From: an uncultured Acidobacteriota bacterium
Lineage (GTDB): Bacteria; Acidobacteriota; Vicinamibacteria; Vicinamibacterales; 2-12-FULL-66-21
Reading direction: 5' to 3'
Assembly (NCBI GenBank): GCA_963834305.1
Contig: CAWIAX010000003.1
Span: 53-64,052, forward strand
Length of the DNA: 64,000 nt
Part shown: positions 1 through 10,497 of the stretch, piece by piece
Layout of the letters: the number at the start of each line of letters is the position of its first letter
Position numbering within the stretch: position 1 is the first letter of the stretch
Notes under the pieces: generated by a model
Databases searched by the model: none
What the model saw: the letters and a program-made list of their open reading frames with translations, nothing else
What the model was told of the DNA's origin: nothing
Position numbers and translations under genes: made by a program

Positions 1-225
1 GACGGCGACAAGCTGACCGGCACGGCCGGCCCGGACGCCAGCGAGCAGCATCCGATTCAGATCGGCCGGGCGGAAAACGGCACGCTGACCTTCGAGCTGC
101 AGACCGGGGACAGCCTGATGAAGGTCACGCTTGCGCAGAAGGGGGAGGAGATGACCGGCAGCGCGGCGCGCGCGCGGGAAGAAAGGGCGCAGACGGCGAC
201 ACTGGTGCTGAAGCGGGCAAAGTAG
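1..225 (+). CDS. 3' end of a hypothetical protein with a small beta-rich domain, truncated by the window edge
   Basis: Frame 1 is open from base 1 (DGDKLTGTAGPDASEQHPIQIGRAENGTLTFELQ...TLVLKRAK) to TAG at 223-225, with GC3-rich codons. Confidence 0.7.
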   Translation, partial: DGDKLTGTAGPDASEQHPIQIGRAENGTLTFELQTGDSLMKVTLAQKGEEMTGSAARAREERAQTATLVLKRAK

Positions 226-241
226 GCTACCCTCTCGGCCC

Positions 242-1486
242 ATGCCGATTTCACGACGACAGTTCTGCGAGCGCCTGGCGGCTGGCGGCGGACTCCTGGC
301 GGCGGCACCCGGTCGCGCCGGCGCGGTCGCGGCACCGTCGCAGGCCGCGGCGGCAGGCGCCACCGCTCCGCACCTCGGCAACCTCCATCCGTTCGTGCAG
401 GGACAGGCCGATCAATCGCCGCTCGAGCTGTCGTTCCTGCGCCCCGAGTTCCCGCGCCTCGACAGCTGGCAAGGCACGGCGAGGGCCAGGGTCTTCCAGC
501 ACCTCTTCTACGCGCCGCCGCCGGTGGCGCCGCAGCCGGAGCTGATCCGGCGGACGAACAAGGGAAGCTACATCGAGGAGCTCCTGACGTTCCAGACCAC
601 GCCGGACCTGCGCATTCCGGCCTACGTGCTGATCCCCGCCAACGCCACGAAGCCCGCACCGGCCGTCCTCGTCCTCCACAGCCACGACGGTCTGTATCTG
701 TGGGGCAAGGAGAAAGTCGTGGCCGCGGACGGCGAACACCCCTACCTCACCGCGTTCAAGGCGGAGCGCTACGGCGGCCGCAGCATTGCCGTCGAGCTCG
801 TGAACCAGGGCTACGTGGTGGCCGCCATCGACGCGTTCTACTGGGGCGACCGCCGCATGCTGCTGGACGACGACCCGCCGGCCTACCGGACGCGGCCGGC
901 CACGATGACCGACAAGGAGATCCAGGCGTTCAACGCGCGCGCGTCGCAGAACGAATCGCTGGTCGGGCGAAGCCTCTTCACCGCCGGCATCACCTGGCCG
1001 GGGGTGCTGCTGTGGGACGACATCAGGACGCTGGACTACCTGGCGTCGCGGCCGGAGGTCGATCCGCGCCGCCTGGCCTGCGCCGGCCTCTCGGTCGGCG
1101 GCTATCGCAGCTTCCTGCTCGCGGCGCTCGACGAGCGGATCAAGGCCGCCGTGGACGTCGGCTGGATGACGAGCTTCGCGTCGCAGATCCGGAGCCACGT
1201 CGTGCACACCGTCGGGCTCTCGTTCCACATCAACGGGCTCTACCGCTACCTCGATTTCCCCGACCTCGCCGCCCTCATCGCGCCGCGCGCCGCGCTGATC
1301 ATCAACGGCTCGCGTGATCGCCTGTTCGCGCTCGACGGGGTGAAGGCGGCGTTCGAGAAGATCGCGCGCCTCTACACCAAGGCCGGGCACGCCGACCGGC
1401 AGCGCTGCCGGCTCTTCGATGCCCCGCACGAGTTCAACCTGGCGATGCAGGCCGAGGCCTGGGACTGGCTGCGCCGCTGGGTGTAG
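242..1486 (+). CDS. Tat-exported alpha/beta hydrolase (dienelactone hydrolase/Abhydrolase_7-like esterase)
   Basis: SRRQFC twin-arginine leader, nucleophile elbow GLSVGG, and DxxF / HEF acid and His motifs near the C-terminus. Confidence 0.85.
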   Translation: MPISRRQFCERLAAGGGLLAAAPGRAGAVAAPSQAAAAGATAPHLGNLHPFVQGQADQSPLELSFLRPEFPRLDSWQGTARARVFQHLFYAPPPVAPQPELIRRTNKGSYIEELLTFQTTPDLRIPAYVLIPANATKPAPAVLVLHSHDGLYLWGKEKVVAADGEHPYLTAFKAERYGGRSIAVELVNQGYVVAAIDAFYWGDRRMLLDDDPPAYRTRPATMTDKEIQAFNARASQNESLVGRSLFTAGITWPGVLLWDDIRTLDYLASRPEVDPRRLACAGLSVGGYRSFLLAALDERIKAAVDVGWMTSFASQIRSHVVHTVGLSFHINGLYRYLDFPDLAALIAPRAALIINGSRDRLFALDGVKAAFEKIARLYTKAGHADRQRCRLFDAPHEFNLAMQAEAWDWLRRWV

Positions 1487-1525
1487 GCCTGCAGGGCGCC
1501 GTTGCCGCCGCGGCCTGCCGCCGGG

Positions 1526-1918
1526 TCACCCCCTGATCATCGGCGTGGCGCGCTTCACCAGCTGCAGCGCCAGCCCCCACGGATCGCGCAGCATGACCAG
1601 CTCGTCGCCCGCCGGCGTCTGCAGGCGCGGGTCGACGATGCTGGCGCCCGCGGCGACCAGCCGGTCGCGATCCGCCTGCGGGTCCGCCGAGACGAACGCC
1701 AGGTGCACCAGGCTCGGGTCCATGCCGGCGTAGTCGGGCACCGGCGCGTTGGGGCTGCGGTACAACTCGAGCATCGAGGCGCCGGAGCCGTCCTTGAGGA
1801 AGTGCACGAACGGCGCGTCGGGGGAGGAGCGGGCCACCGAGCAGCCGAGATGCGCGACATACCACTGCGCGATCGCCGCGGGATCCGAGACCTGCAGGGC
1901 CACGTGTTCGATTTTCAT
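1526..1918 (-). CDS. VOC/glyoxalase family protein
   Basis: MKIEHVALQV...LELY...HLAFVS...DPWGLALQL: paired VOC motifs. Start set at ATG 1918, 6 nt after a -10-like CACAAT. Confidence 0.85.
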   Translation of the reverse strand: MKIEHVALQVSDPAAIAQWYVAHLGCSVARSSPDAPFVHFLKDGSGASMLELYRSPNAPVPDYAGMDPSLVHLAFVSADPQADRDRLVAAGASIVDPRLQTPAGDELVMLRDPWGLALQLVKRATPMIRG

Positions 1919-1949
1919 GGCGTCATTGTGCACCGACTTCCGTCTTTCC

Positions 1950-1977
1950 TTGACACGCCGCTGCCGTCGTGATTAAT
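1950..1977 (+). promoter_or_regulatory. Putative sigma70 promoter for TonB-dependent receptor 1
   Basis: TTGACA at 1950-1955, 16-nt spacer, ATTAAT at 1972-1977. Confidence 0.45.
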
Positions 1978-2035
1978 GCGGTCTCATCCGCGCCCTGACT
2001 GCCCCTGGTCACACTGCTCGTCAAGGAGGCCTGTC

Positions 2036-5000
2036 GTGAGCGATCCCACCGTATTCGCCAGCGCATTCCCCGGCCGTAGCCCACTCCTGCAATGGCAGCG
2101 CGCCGCGCTGGCCGCCGCGCTGACGCTGCTGCCGCTCGCCGCTGCCGCCCAGGCGCTGTACGGCAGCATGACCGGCACCGTCGTGGATGCCTCCGGCGCC
2201 GGCGTTCCCGGCGTCACGGTGAGCATCCAGAACGAGGACACCGGACTCGAGTTCAACGCCACCTCCGATGGCACGGGCGTCTACACCATCCGCAACGTCG
2301 CCGGCGGCACCTACACGCTCAAGGCGGCGCTGCAGGGCTTCAAGGAGTTCGTGCAGACCGGCATCCCGGTCACCGCGGGCGGCATCGTCCGGATCAACGC
2401 CCGGCTGGAGATCGGCGCGCTGAGCGAGTCGGTCACGGTGACGACGGAGAAGGTGCTGCTCAAGACGGACAAGGCCGACGTCAGCGTCGACCTGCGGCCG
2501 GAGGACGTCGTCAACCTGCCGCTGAACCAGTACCGCAACTACCAGTACCTGATGAACCTGGTGCCCGGCGCGACGCCGCCGCAGTTCCAGAACGCCCAGA
2601 CGGACACCCCCGGCCGGGCGCTGACCACCAACATCAACGGCACGAACCGCAACAACAACGTGACGCGGATCGACGGCGCCGCCAGCATCAACGTCTGGCT
2701 GCCGCACCATGCCGGCTACATCGCGCCGGTGGAGACCATCGAGAACGTCAACATCTCGACCAACAGCTTCGACGCGGCGCAGGGCATGACCGGCGGCGCG
2801 GCGACGGCGGTGCAGACCAAGTCGGGCACCAACACCTTCAAGGGCTCGGCCTTCTTCTTCCGCCAGCAGGACGAGCTGAGCGCCCGCACGGGCTATTTCG
2901 ATCCGAGCAAGGTCGACTCGAGCGTCTCGATCATGGGCGGGACGGCGGGCGGACCGATCCGGCGGAACCGGCTCTTCTACTTCGGATCGTGGGAGCGCAA
3001 CGCCGAGCGCAAGGGCCTGTTCAACCAGTACACCGTGCCGACGGCGCGGATGCGGAACGGCGACTTCAGCGAGGTGCTCGCGCTCAACCCGACCTTCCGG
3101 ATCTACGACCCGGCCACCGGCACCCCCGACGGGCGCAACCGCGAGTTCTTCCCGAACGCGGTCATCCCGGCCAACCGCCTCAGCAACATCAGCCGCAACG
3201 TCCAGTCCAGATACCCCGAGCCGAACAATCCGGGAACGAACAACGGCCTCCAGAACAACCTGTTCATCCCGCGGAAGCCGACCGCCGACCGCGACAACTT
3301 CGACGGCAAGATCAACTGGAACCGCACCTCCGCGCACCAGATCTGGGGCAAGTTCTCGAGGATGGAAGCCTCGGTCTTCGATCTGTTCTACCTCGGGCTC
3401 GACGGCGCCGGCGGCGGCGATACGACCACGACGGTCTACACGTTCGGCCAGACCTGGACGCTGACCCCGACGCTCCTGCTCGACGGCAGCGTCGGCGCGA
3501 ACGTGATGCAGCAGAGCATGACCGGCCCGGACTACGGCACCAACTACGGCCTCGACGTCTTCGGCATCCCCGGCCTGAACAGCGCGGGGGTGACCGGCCC
3601 CGGCTCGGCCGATCTCGAGCGCTACAGCGGCATGCCGGTGTTCAACACCGGGCTCTCCGACCTGGGCAACACCTCGACGTGGACGCCGGTGTGGCGCGAC
3701 GAGCGCAGCTACACGGTGTCGACCAACCTGACCAAGGTGGCCGGCCGCCACGAGATCCGCACCGGCTTCGACTTCGTGCGGCTGCGGCTGACCCACTGGC
3801 AGCCCGAAGTGAGCAACCCGCGGGGGGTGCTGACGTTCGGCGGCGGGGTGACCGGCACCCCCGGCTATGCCGGCGTCGGCGGCTGGAACGGCTACGCCGC
3901 GTTCCTGCTCGGCGAGATGAGCAACTACGCCAAGAGCGTGCAGTTCGAGGAGCTCAGCGGGCGCGAGAACCAGTACGGCGTCTACGTGGCGGATCGCTGG
4001 CAGGTGGACGAGAAGCTGACGCTGAACCTCGGCCTCCGCTACGAATACTACCCGCTGATGATGCGGCAGGACCGCGGCATCGAGCTGCTCGACTTCGACA
4101 CCTTCAACATCCGGCTCGGCGGTCTCGGCGGCAACCCCGACGACCTCGGGATCAAGGTCAGCAACACGCTCTTCGCGCCGCGCTTCGGCGCCGCCTACCG
4201 GCTCAACGACGTCACCGTACTGCGCGCCGGGTATGGCAAGACGTTCACGCCGCTGCCGTGGTCGCGCCCGATGCGCGGGCGGTATCCGCTGACGATTGCC
4301 TACAGCGACGCCGGCCCGAACGGCTTCATCCCGTACGGCAACGTCTCGAATGGCATTCCCGGCGCCCCGAACCCGGACATCCAGAGCGGCAACATCCCGC
4401 TGCCGCGCGGCGTCGCGATGACCTCTCCCGATCCCGACAACGTGGAACGCGGCGCCACCCAGTCGTGGAACGTGTTCGTCGAGCGTCGTCTGCCGCTCGA
4501 CATCGCGGCCAGTGTCGGCTACGTCGGCACGCGCACCGACAACGGCTACGCCAGCCGGGACCTGAACTACGCGGAGTCCGGCGGCAACGCCAACCGCCAG
4601 CTGTTCGCCAGGGCCGGCACCGCCAACATCTCCCGCTTCGCCGCGGTGACGCGGGCCCGCTACCACTCGCTCCAGATCGCCATCAATCGCCCCTACCGCA
4701 ACGGGCTGCTGCTCAAGGGGGCCTACACCCTGAGCAAGGCGATGAACGAGGTCGATGACGACGGCGGCGGCTTCACGTGGAACCAGCCGTCGCAGTTCGC
4801 GCGCAACTACGCGCGGGCCGGCTACGACCGGCCGCACATGCTGCAGATGGGGTTCGTCTACGAGCTGCCGTTCGCCCGCCAGAGCGCCAACCCGCTCGCC
4901 CTGGTGATCAAGAACTGGCAGGTCAACGGCATCGCGTCGTGGCTGTCGGGCACCCCCTTCTCGATCGGCGGCGACAACGGGCTGCTGCAGCAGGCGGGCG

Positions 5001-5350
5001 GCTTCCAGTCGATCAACGTCACGGGAGACCCCCAGGCGGGCTTCGGCGAGGCCGGCCCCGACGAGCGCTGGTACGACCCGTTGGCGTTCGCCCAGCCGGG
5101 AAACGCGTGGGGCAACTCCGGGCGCAACGCGTTTCGCGGCCCGTCGAACTGGAACCTCGACTTCTCGCTGTTCCGCACCATCCCGTTCGGCCACTACCGG
5201 CTGGAGATCCGCGCCGAGTCGCAGAACGTGCTGAACCACGCCCAGTTCGGCAACCCGGTGACCGGCTTCACCGATCCGAACTTCATGCGCATCCGCAGCC
5301 TGGCCCGCCCGCCGCGCACCGTGCAGCTCGGCCTGCGGTTTGTGTTCTAG
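2036..5350 (+). CDS. TonB-dependent receptor (Oar-like, N-terminal carboxypeptidase regulatory-like domain), intact
   Basis: Signal peptide, GTVVDASGAGVPGVTV domain, LPLNQYRN plug motif, [10 protein letters not shown]-terminal QLGLRFVF. Start at GTG 2036, downstream of an AGGAGG SD. Confidence 0.92.
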   Translation: MSDPTVFASAFPGRSPLLQWQRAALAAALTLLPLAAAAQALYGSMTGTVVDASGAGVPGVTVSIQNEDTGLEFNATSDGTGVYTIRNVAGGTYTLKAALQGFKEFVQTGIPVTAGGIVRINARLEIGALSESVTVTTEKVLLKTDKADVSVDLRPEDVVNLPLNQYRNYQYLMNLVPGATPPQFQNAQTDTPGRALTTNINGTNRNNNVTRIDGAASINVWLPHHAGYIAPVETIENVNISTNSFDAAQGMTGGAATAVQTKSGTNTFKGSAFFFRQQDELSARTGYFDPSKVDSSVSIMGGTAGGPIRRNRLFYFGSWERNAERKGLFNQYTVPTARMRNGDFSEVLALNPTFRIYDPATGTPDGRNREFFPNAVIPANRLSNISRNVQSRYPEPNNPGTNNGLQNNLFIPRKPTADRDNFDGKINWNRTSAHQIWGKFSRMEASVFDLFYLGLDGAGGGDTTTTVYTFGQTWTLTPTLLLDGSVGANVMQQSMTGPDYGTNYGLDVFGIPGLNSAGVTGPGSADLERYSGMPVFNTGLSDLGNTSTWTPVWRDERSYTVSTNLTKVAGRHEIRTGFDFVRLRLTHWQPEVSNPRGVLTFGGGVTGTPGYAGVGGWNGYAAFLLGEMSNYAKSVQFEELSGRENQYGVYVADRWQVDEKLTLNLGLRYEYYPLMMRQDRGIELLDFDTFNIRLGGLGGNPDDLGIKVSNTLFAPRFGAAYRLNDVTVLRAGYGKTFTPLPWSRPMRGRYPLTIAYSDAGPNGFIPYGNVSNGIPGAPNPDIQSGNIPLPRGVAMTSPDPDNVERGATQSWNVFVERRLPLDIAASVGYVGTRTDNGYASRDLNYAESGGNANRQLFARAGTANISRFAAVTRARYHSLQIAINRPYRNGLLLKGAYTLSKAMNEVDDDGGGFTWNQPSQFARNYARAGYDRPHMLQMGFVYELPFARQSANPLALVIKNWQVNGIASWLSGTPFSIGGDNGLLQQAGGFQSINVTGDPQAGFGEAGPDERWYDPLAFAQPGNAWGNSGRNAFRGPSNWNLDFSLFRTIPFGHYRLEIRAESQNVLNHAQFGNPVTGFTDPNFMRIRSLARPPRTVQLGLRFVF

Positions 5351-5551
5351 GTCGCGCAGGAGGCCTGTCTGCGGCCCCGGCGCGCAGAAATTGGATCGCG
5401 ATATCCACTCCGTTGAACCGCGCAGTGTGACGAACGGCGTGACCGGATTCCGGCGCGCCGTTCGTCCCTGATCGCCGCGACCCGCCCCGCGAATCCCACC
5501 GCCTGCCCCACGCGCCGCGCGCCGTCGCCAGCCGCGTGTGCGCCCGCGTCA

Positions 5552-5567
5552 GGGCACGGCCGTTGCT
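5552..5567 (+). promoter_or_regulatory. Putative sigma54 (-24/-12) promoter for TonB-dependent receptor 2
   Basis: GGGCACGGCCGTTGCT matches TGGCACG-N4-TTGCW with exact GG-N10-GC spacing; palindrome TGGAT-N6-ATCCA at 5392-5407 is a possible enhancer. Confidence 0.6.
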
Positions 5568-5611
5568 CGATATCCACGCCGGACCGAATCGCTTTCCAAG
5601 GAGCTCTCCCG

Positions 5612-8556
5612 ATGAAGTTGACGATGACGCTGTGGCGCGCGTGCCTCTGCCTGCTGCTGGCCAGCCCCGCATTCGCGCAGGGCAATCCCACCGGCACGGT
5701 GTCGGGGCGCGTGGCCGGCCAGGACGGCGCGGCGCTGCCGGGGGTCACGGTCACCGCCACCTCGCCGGCGCTGCAGGGCGCGCGCACCGTGACGACCAAC
5801 GACAGCGGCGACTACATCATCCCGTTCCTGCCGCCCGGGGACTACACGCTCACCTTCGAGCTGCAGGGGTTCCAGACCGCGCGCCAGGACACGCTGGTGA
5901 CCGCGGCCGCCACCGTACCGCTCGACGCCAGGCTGCAGGTCGGCGGCGTCACCGAGGCGATCACCGTGACCGGCAGCGTCTCGGAAGAGTTCGCCGCCGG
6001 CGTGACGGCCGCCACGACGATCCGGCAGGACACCGTCAACGACCTGCCGCTCAACCGCGGCCTGGATCAGACGATCGCGCTGACCCCGGGCGCGCTGCGG
6101 ACGGGCCCGAGCAACTCGAACACCGGCAACCAGCAGATCTCGATCTCCGGCGCCATCACCTCCGAGAACCTGATCCTGGTCAACGGCGTGGTGGCGCAGG
6201 ACAACGTCCGCCGCACCTCGCTGCCGCTGTTCATCGAGGACGCGCTCCAGGAAACCACCATCTCCACCGCGGGGGTCTCGGCCGAGTTCGGCCGCTTCGC
6301 CGGCGGCATCGTCAATGCGATCACCAAGTCCGGCGGCAACAGCTTCAGCGGATCCTTCCGCACGACCTTCAACAACGACGACTGGCGGTCGCTGACGCCG
6401 TTCGCCAACGACACCAAGGCCGACATCCTGGTGCCGACCTACGAGTACACCGATCGGCGGCCCGGTGCTGCGCGACCGGCTGTGGTTCTTCCACGCCGGC
6501 CGCTACGAGGACGAGAGCCTCGGGCGGAACCTCCTCGCCCCGGTCAGCACGCCGTACACCCGGCAGACGATGCGGCGCCGGTTCGAGGGCAAGGGGACCT
6601 ACAGCCCGTTCCAGGGGCACACCGCGCGGGTGCTGTACCTCAACAACTTCTCGCGCTCGGTCAATAGCAACTTCCAGAACGAGCTCGACCTCGCCAGCCT
6701 GACCGATCGCGAGGATCCCGAGAGCACCTGGTCGCTCAACTACACCGCGACGCTGACCTCCCGCCTGTTCGTCGAGGCGCAATATTCCCGGCACGAGGCG
6801 ACGATCAAGGGCTCGGGCGCCAAGGCCACCGACCTCATCGACGGCACCCTGGTGATCGACGAGCTGTCGGGCGGGCGCTACAACTCCGCGACGTTCTGCG
6901 GCGTGTGCCGCGGATACCGAGCGCGACAACGAGAGCATGGTCGTCAAGGCGTCCTACTTCCTGTCGCGGCCGGGCCTCGGCGCCCACACCATCGTCGGCG
7001 GCTACGACGGGTTCGCCGACAAGGTCGCGGCCGACAACCACCAGAGCGGCAGCGGCTACCGGATCCTCGGCACCTCCTCGATCGTGCGCGACGGCGTGGT
7101 CTATCCGGTGTGGAACAACATCGGCAACAGCACCGTGATCCGCTACAACCCGATCCTGAACCAGACGCAGGGGTCGAACTACCGCACGCACTCGCTGTTC
7201 GTGAACGACCAGTGGCGGCTGAACGACCACACGACCGCCAGCCTCGGCCTCCGCTACGACATGAACGACGGCGTCAATTCCGCCGGCGTCAAGGACGTCA
7301 AGGACTCGAAGCTGAGCCCGCGGCTCGGGCTGACCTACGACCTGCGCGGCGACGGCCAGTGGGTGCTGAACGGCAGCTACGCGACCTACGTGTCGTCGCT
7401 CGTCAACGGCATCGCCAACTCGGGATCGAATGCGGGCGGACCGGCGCGGTTCGATTTCCAGTACCTCGGGCCGGCGATCAACCTCGATCCGGGCGCGCCG
7501 CTCGTCGGCACGAAGGACGCCCTGCGCATCCTCTTCGACTGGTTCCAGGCCAACGGCGGGCTGTCGCGGCCCACCGTCGGGGCGGCGCTCCCCGGCGTGA
7601 ACCAGCAGATCTCGCCGGATCTCCAGTCGCCGAGCGTGGACGAATACGCCGGCGGGCTGACCCGGCGGCTCGGGCCGCGCGCGCTCGTGCGCGTGGACGG
7701 GGTCTACCGGAAGTACGAGGACTTCTACTCGACGCGGGTCGACACCACCACCGGGCAGGTCGTCAACGACCTCGGGCAGCGGTTCGACATCAACATCGTC
7801 GAGAACACCAACGTGGTCGAGCGGCAGTACAGCGGCATGAACGTCTCGGCGTCGTGGCGGCCGGCGGACCGGCTCACCGTGGGCGGCGCCTACACGCTGT
7901 CGCGCACGTGGGGCAGCGTCGACGGCGAAACCTCGGCCGGTGGCCCCACCACCGCCACCGCGCAGTTCTACCCGGAATACCGCGAGGCGCGCTGGAACTA
8001 CCCGGTGGGCGACCTGTCGATCGACCAGCGCCACAAAGCGCGCGTGCACGCCGTCTACACGCAGTCCCTGCTCGGGCAGGGGGATTTGTCGGTTGGCGTG
8101 GTCCAGTCGTTCAACTCGGGCACCCCCTACGCCGCGTTCGGCGACGTCGCGGTGTCCCCCTACGTGCCGGCCAACCTCGGCTACCGCTCGGCGCCGGCCG
8201 CCCTGGCCTACTACTTCACGGACCGCGACGCGTTCCGCGCCGAGTCGTCATCGAGCACCGATCTGGCCGCGACCGTCCGCTACCGGGTCCCGGGGGCGCG
8301 CCAGGCGCAGCTCTTCCTCAAGGCGGACGTGCTCAACCTGTTCGACGAGTCGGCGATCGTGAACCCGTTCTTCGTCAACACCGGCGTGCTGACGAACCGG
8401 ACCACCCCGTCTCGCTACGCCGCCTTCGATCCCTTCACCCAGACACCGGTGCAGGGCGTGAACTGGGACCTCGGCCCGACCTTCGGCCAGCCGCAGAACC
8501 GGTTCGCCTACCAGGTGCCCCGCACCTACAAGGTCTCGATGGGGGTGCGCTTCTAG
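5612..8556 (+). CDS. TonB-dependent receptor (Oar-like), split by two +1 frameshifts (~6452, ~6910)
   Basis: ORFs 5612-6667, 6465-~6912 and 6937-8556 join into one receptor (TIGGPVLRDRLWFF, FVNDQWRL, LGLRYD, C-terminal MGVRF). Confidence 0.88.
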
Positions 8557-8716
8557 CCGGGCGCGGGCACGCCGGCCGGGGCCGGGCACGGGCGGTAAAC
8601 CCACGGAGCCATCCGCGGCGTATTAGATGCTGGTCTATCATTGTCAGCTCTCGGCGCCAGGGAGGATGGTCCTGCTCGCGCCGTGGGGGCCTGCCCCGTT
8701 GATCCCGGAGATCCGC

Positions 8717-9523
8717 ATGAATATCCGTCGTGTAATTGGTCCCGTCGCCGTTTTCGTCTTCATGAGCCTGTGCGCCGTCCCCGGCTACGCACAGGAGGCT
8801 GCCACCGGCCAGGCGTACGAGCCGCAGGTCGGCCAGAGCGGGAAGGACGTCGTCTGGGTCCCGACGCCGCAGGCGCTCGTGGACAAGATGCTCGACATGG
8901 CGAAGGTCACCCCGCAGGACTTCGTGATCGACCTGGGCTCGGGCGATGGCCGCACCGTCATCACCGCCGCCAAGCGCGGGGCCCGGGCCATGGGCATCGA
9001 GTACAACCCCGACATGGTCGAGCTGTCCCGCCGGAATGCCGCCAAGGAAGGGGTGTCCGACAAGGCCACGTTCGTGAAAGCCGACCTGTTCGAGACCGAC
9101 TTCTCGAAGGCCCAGGTGATCACGATGTTCCTGCTGCCCTCGATCAACCTCAAGCTGCGCCCGAAGCTGCTCGAGATGACGCCGGGCACGCGGATCGTCG
9201 CCAACTCGTTCAACATGGAGGACTGGGATCCGGACCAGACCGAGACCATCAGCGACGACTGCACGAGCTGGTGCACGGCGATGCTCTGGATCGTGCCGGC
9301 GAAGGTCGAGGGCACCTGGGCGATGGCGCAGGGGGACCTGAAGCTGACCCAGCAGTTCCAGATGGTCTCGGGGACGATGGGGACGCAGCCGATTTCGGAG
9401 GGGCGGCTGACCGGGAACGAGCTGAGTTACAAGGTCGGCACCGTGGCCTACAAGGGCAAGGTCAACGGCACGACGATCGAAGGGAACGGCCCCAGCGGCA
9501 ACTGGAAGGCCACGAAGAAGTAG
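8717..9523 (+). CDS. Class I SAM-dependent methyltransferase with signal peptide and C-terminal beta domain
   Basis: DVVWVPTP, VIDLGSGDGR motif I, GIEYN, ADLFETD; N-terminal Sec-type leader ending GYA-QE; GGAG SD before ATG 8717. Confidence 0.85.
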   Translation: MNIRRVIGPVAVFVFMSLCAVPGYAQEAATGQAYEPQVGQSGKDVVWVPTPQALVDKMLDMAKVTPQDFVIDLGSGDGRTVITAAKRGARAMGIEYNPDMVELSRRNAAKEGVSDKATFVKADLFETDFSKAQVITMFLLPSINLKLRPKLLEMTPGTRIVANSFNMEDWDPDQTETISDDCTSWCTAMLWIVPAKVEGTWAMAQGDLKLTQQFQMVSGTMGTQPISEGRLTGNELSYKVGTVAYKGKVNGTTIEGNGPSGNWKATKK

Positions 9524-9524
9524 C

Positions 9525-10454
9525 TCAGCGGCCGGGCGCCGGGGGAGGGGGCAGGGTGAACGTCCGCGTCACCACCTCTCCATCGCGCCCGAGCAGCCCC
9601 TGATCCTTGCCGCCGATGGCCAGGCGGACCGCTCCGGCATCCCCTGTCCGCACGGCGATCCGCTCGCCGGTGTTCAACGGAATGCGGACACCGCCCTCCA
9701 GCTCCCGCTCCACCGTCCGTTCCCCGTCCACGAGCACCCGCACCCAGACGCGGCGGAGCGTTGCCAGCTCGGCGCGCGGTGCGGGCCCGGTCGCGGCGGG
9801 TGCGGGGGCCGGCGCCGGCGCGGGCGCGGCAGCCGCGGGCGCTGCCGGACGGGCGGACGCCTCAGGCGGCGGCGCGGCCACTTCCGCCTCCGTGCCTGGC
9901 CGCATGAACACCGCGACGAACGCCAGCAGGAGGACACCCAGCAACGCCACCACCGCGATGGTGCGGCCTCGGCCACCCACCTGGCCCGGGGGAGGCGCGA
10001 GCGCTGCGGGCACGGGGCGATCGCCGATCGGTGCGGCCGGCGGCGGCGCGGGCATCACCGGTCCGGTGCCTTCGCCGGCGTGAGTTTCGCGACGGGGCGG
10101 GAGCGCGGGAGTTGCCGGTGCCGGCCGGGCAGCGGCCGGCTGCGGCTGCTCGAGTGGAAAGGCATCCAGGTCGGTGGACTCGGTTGGCGCGATCGGCGCG
10201 GCGGACGGCACGTCGGGCGGCGCGGCCGCGGGCGGCACGTCGGGCGGCGCGGCCGCGGACGGCGCCTCTGGCGGCGCCGCGGCGCCCTGAGGCTCGTCGA
10301 GCGCGCGCAGGAACCGATCGAACGCGTCGGTGGCCTGGCGCCGCCGGCGCTGCGAGTCCTCGATCGCGCGCTGCAGGCGCTCGAGCTCCGCGAGCGCGGC
10401 CTGCTCCTCGAACGGAGCGCCTGGATGATCGTCGCCAGCCATCGTGCTGCTCAT
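9525..10454 (-). CDS. RodZ C-terminal (DUF4115)-like single-pass membrane protein
   Basis: Coiled-coil N-terminus, Pro/Ala linker, one TM helix, C-terminal VWVRVLVDG...RTGDAGAVRLAIGGK...LGRDGEV. Confidence 0.7.
   Translation of the reverse strand: MSSTMAGDDHPGAPFEEQAALAELERLQRAIEDSQRRRRQATDAFDRFLRALDEPQGAAAPPEAPSAAAPPDVPPAAAPPDVPSAAPIAPTESTDLDAFPLEQPQPAAARPAPATPALPPRRETHAGEGTGPVMPAPPPAAPIGDRPVPAALAPPPGQVGGRGRTIAVVALLGVLLLAFVAVFMRPGTEAEVAAPPPEASARPAAPAAAAPAPAPAPAPAATGPAPRAELATLRRVWVRVLVDGERTVERELEGGVRIPLNTGERIAVRTGDAGAVRLAIGGKDQGLLGRDGEVVTRTFTLPPPPAPGR
10201..10263. repeat. 27-bp coding tandem repeat (about 2.3 copies) in the Pro/Ala linker
   Basis: gcgg(a/g)cggcacgtcgggcggcgcggcc repeated; encodes AAAPPDVP(P/S) twice. 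Confidence 0.8.
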
Positions 10455-10497
10455 TCTACGCGCGTGCGCGATCCGCGGCCCCGAAATCGGGCCGCGC

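Noticed and set aside
2021-5239. Very long antisense and alternative-frame ORFs (also 11502-14264, 39629-41635, 60547-62664 and others)
   Set aside because: Typical shadow ORFs of high-GC coding DNA; Arg/Ala/Gly-rich, no recognisable motifs, and overlapping well-supported genes
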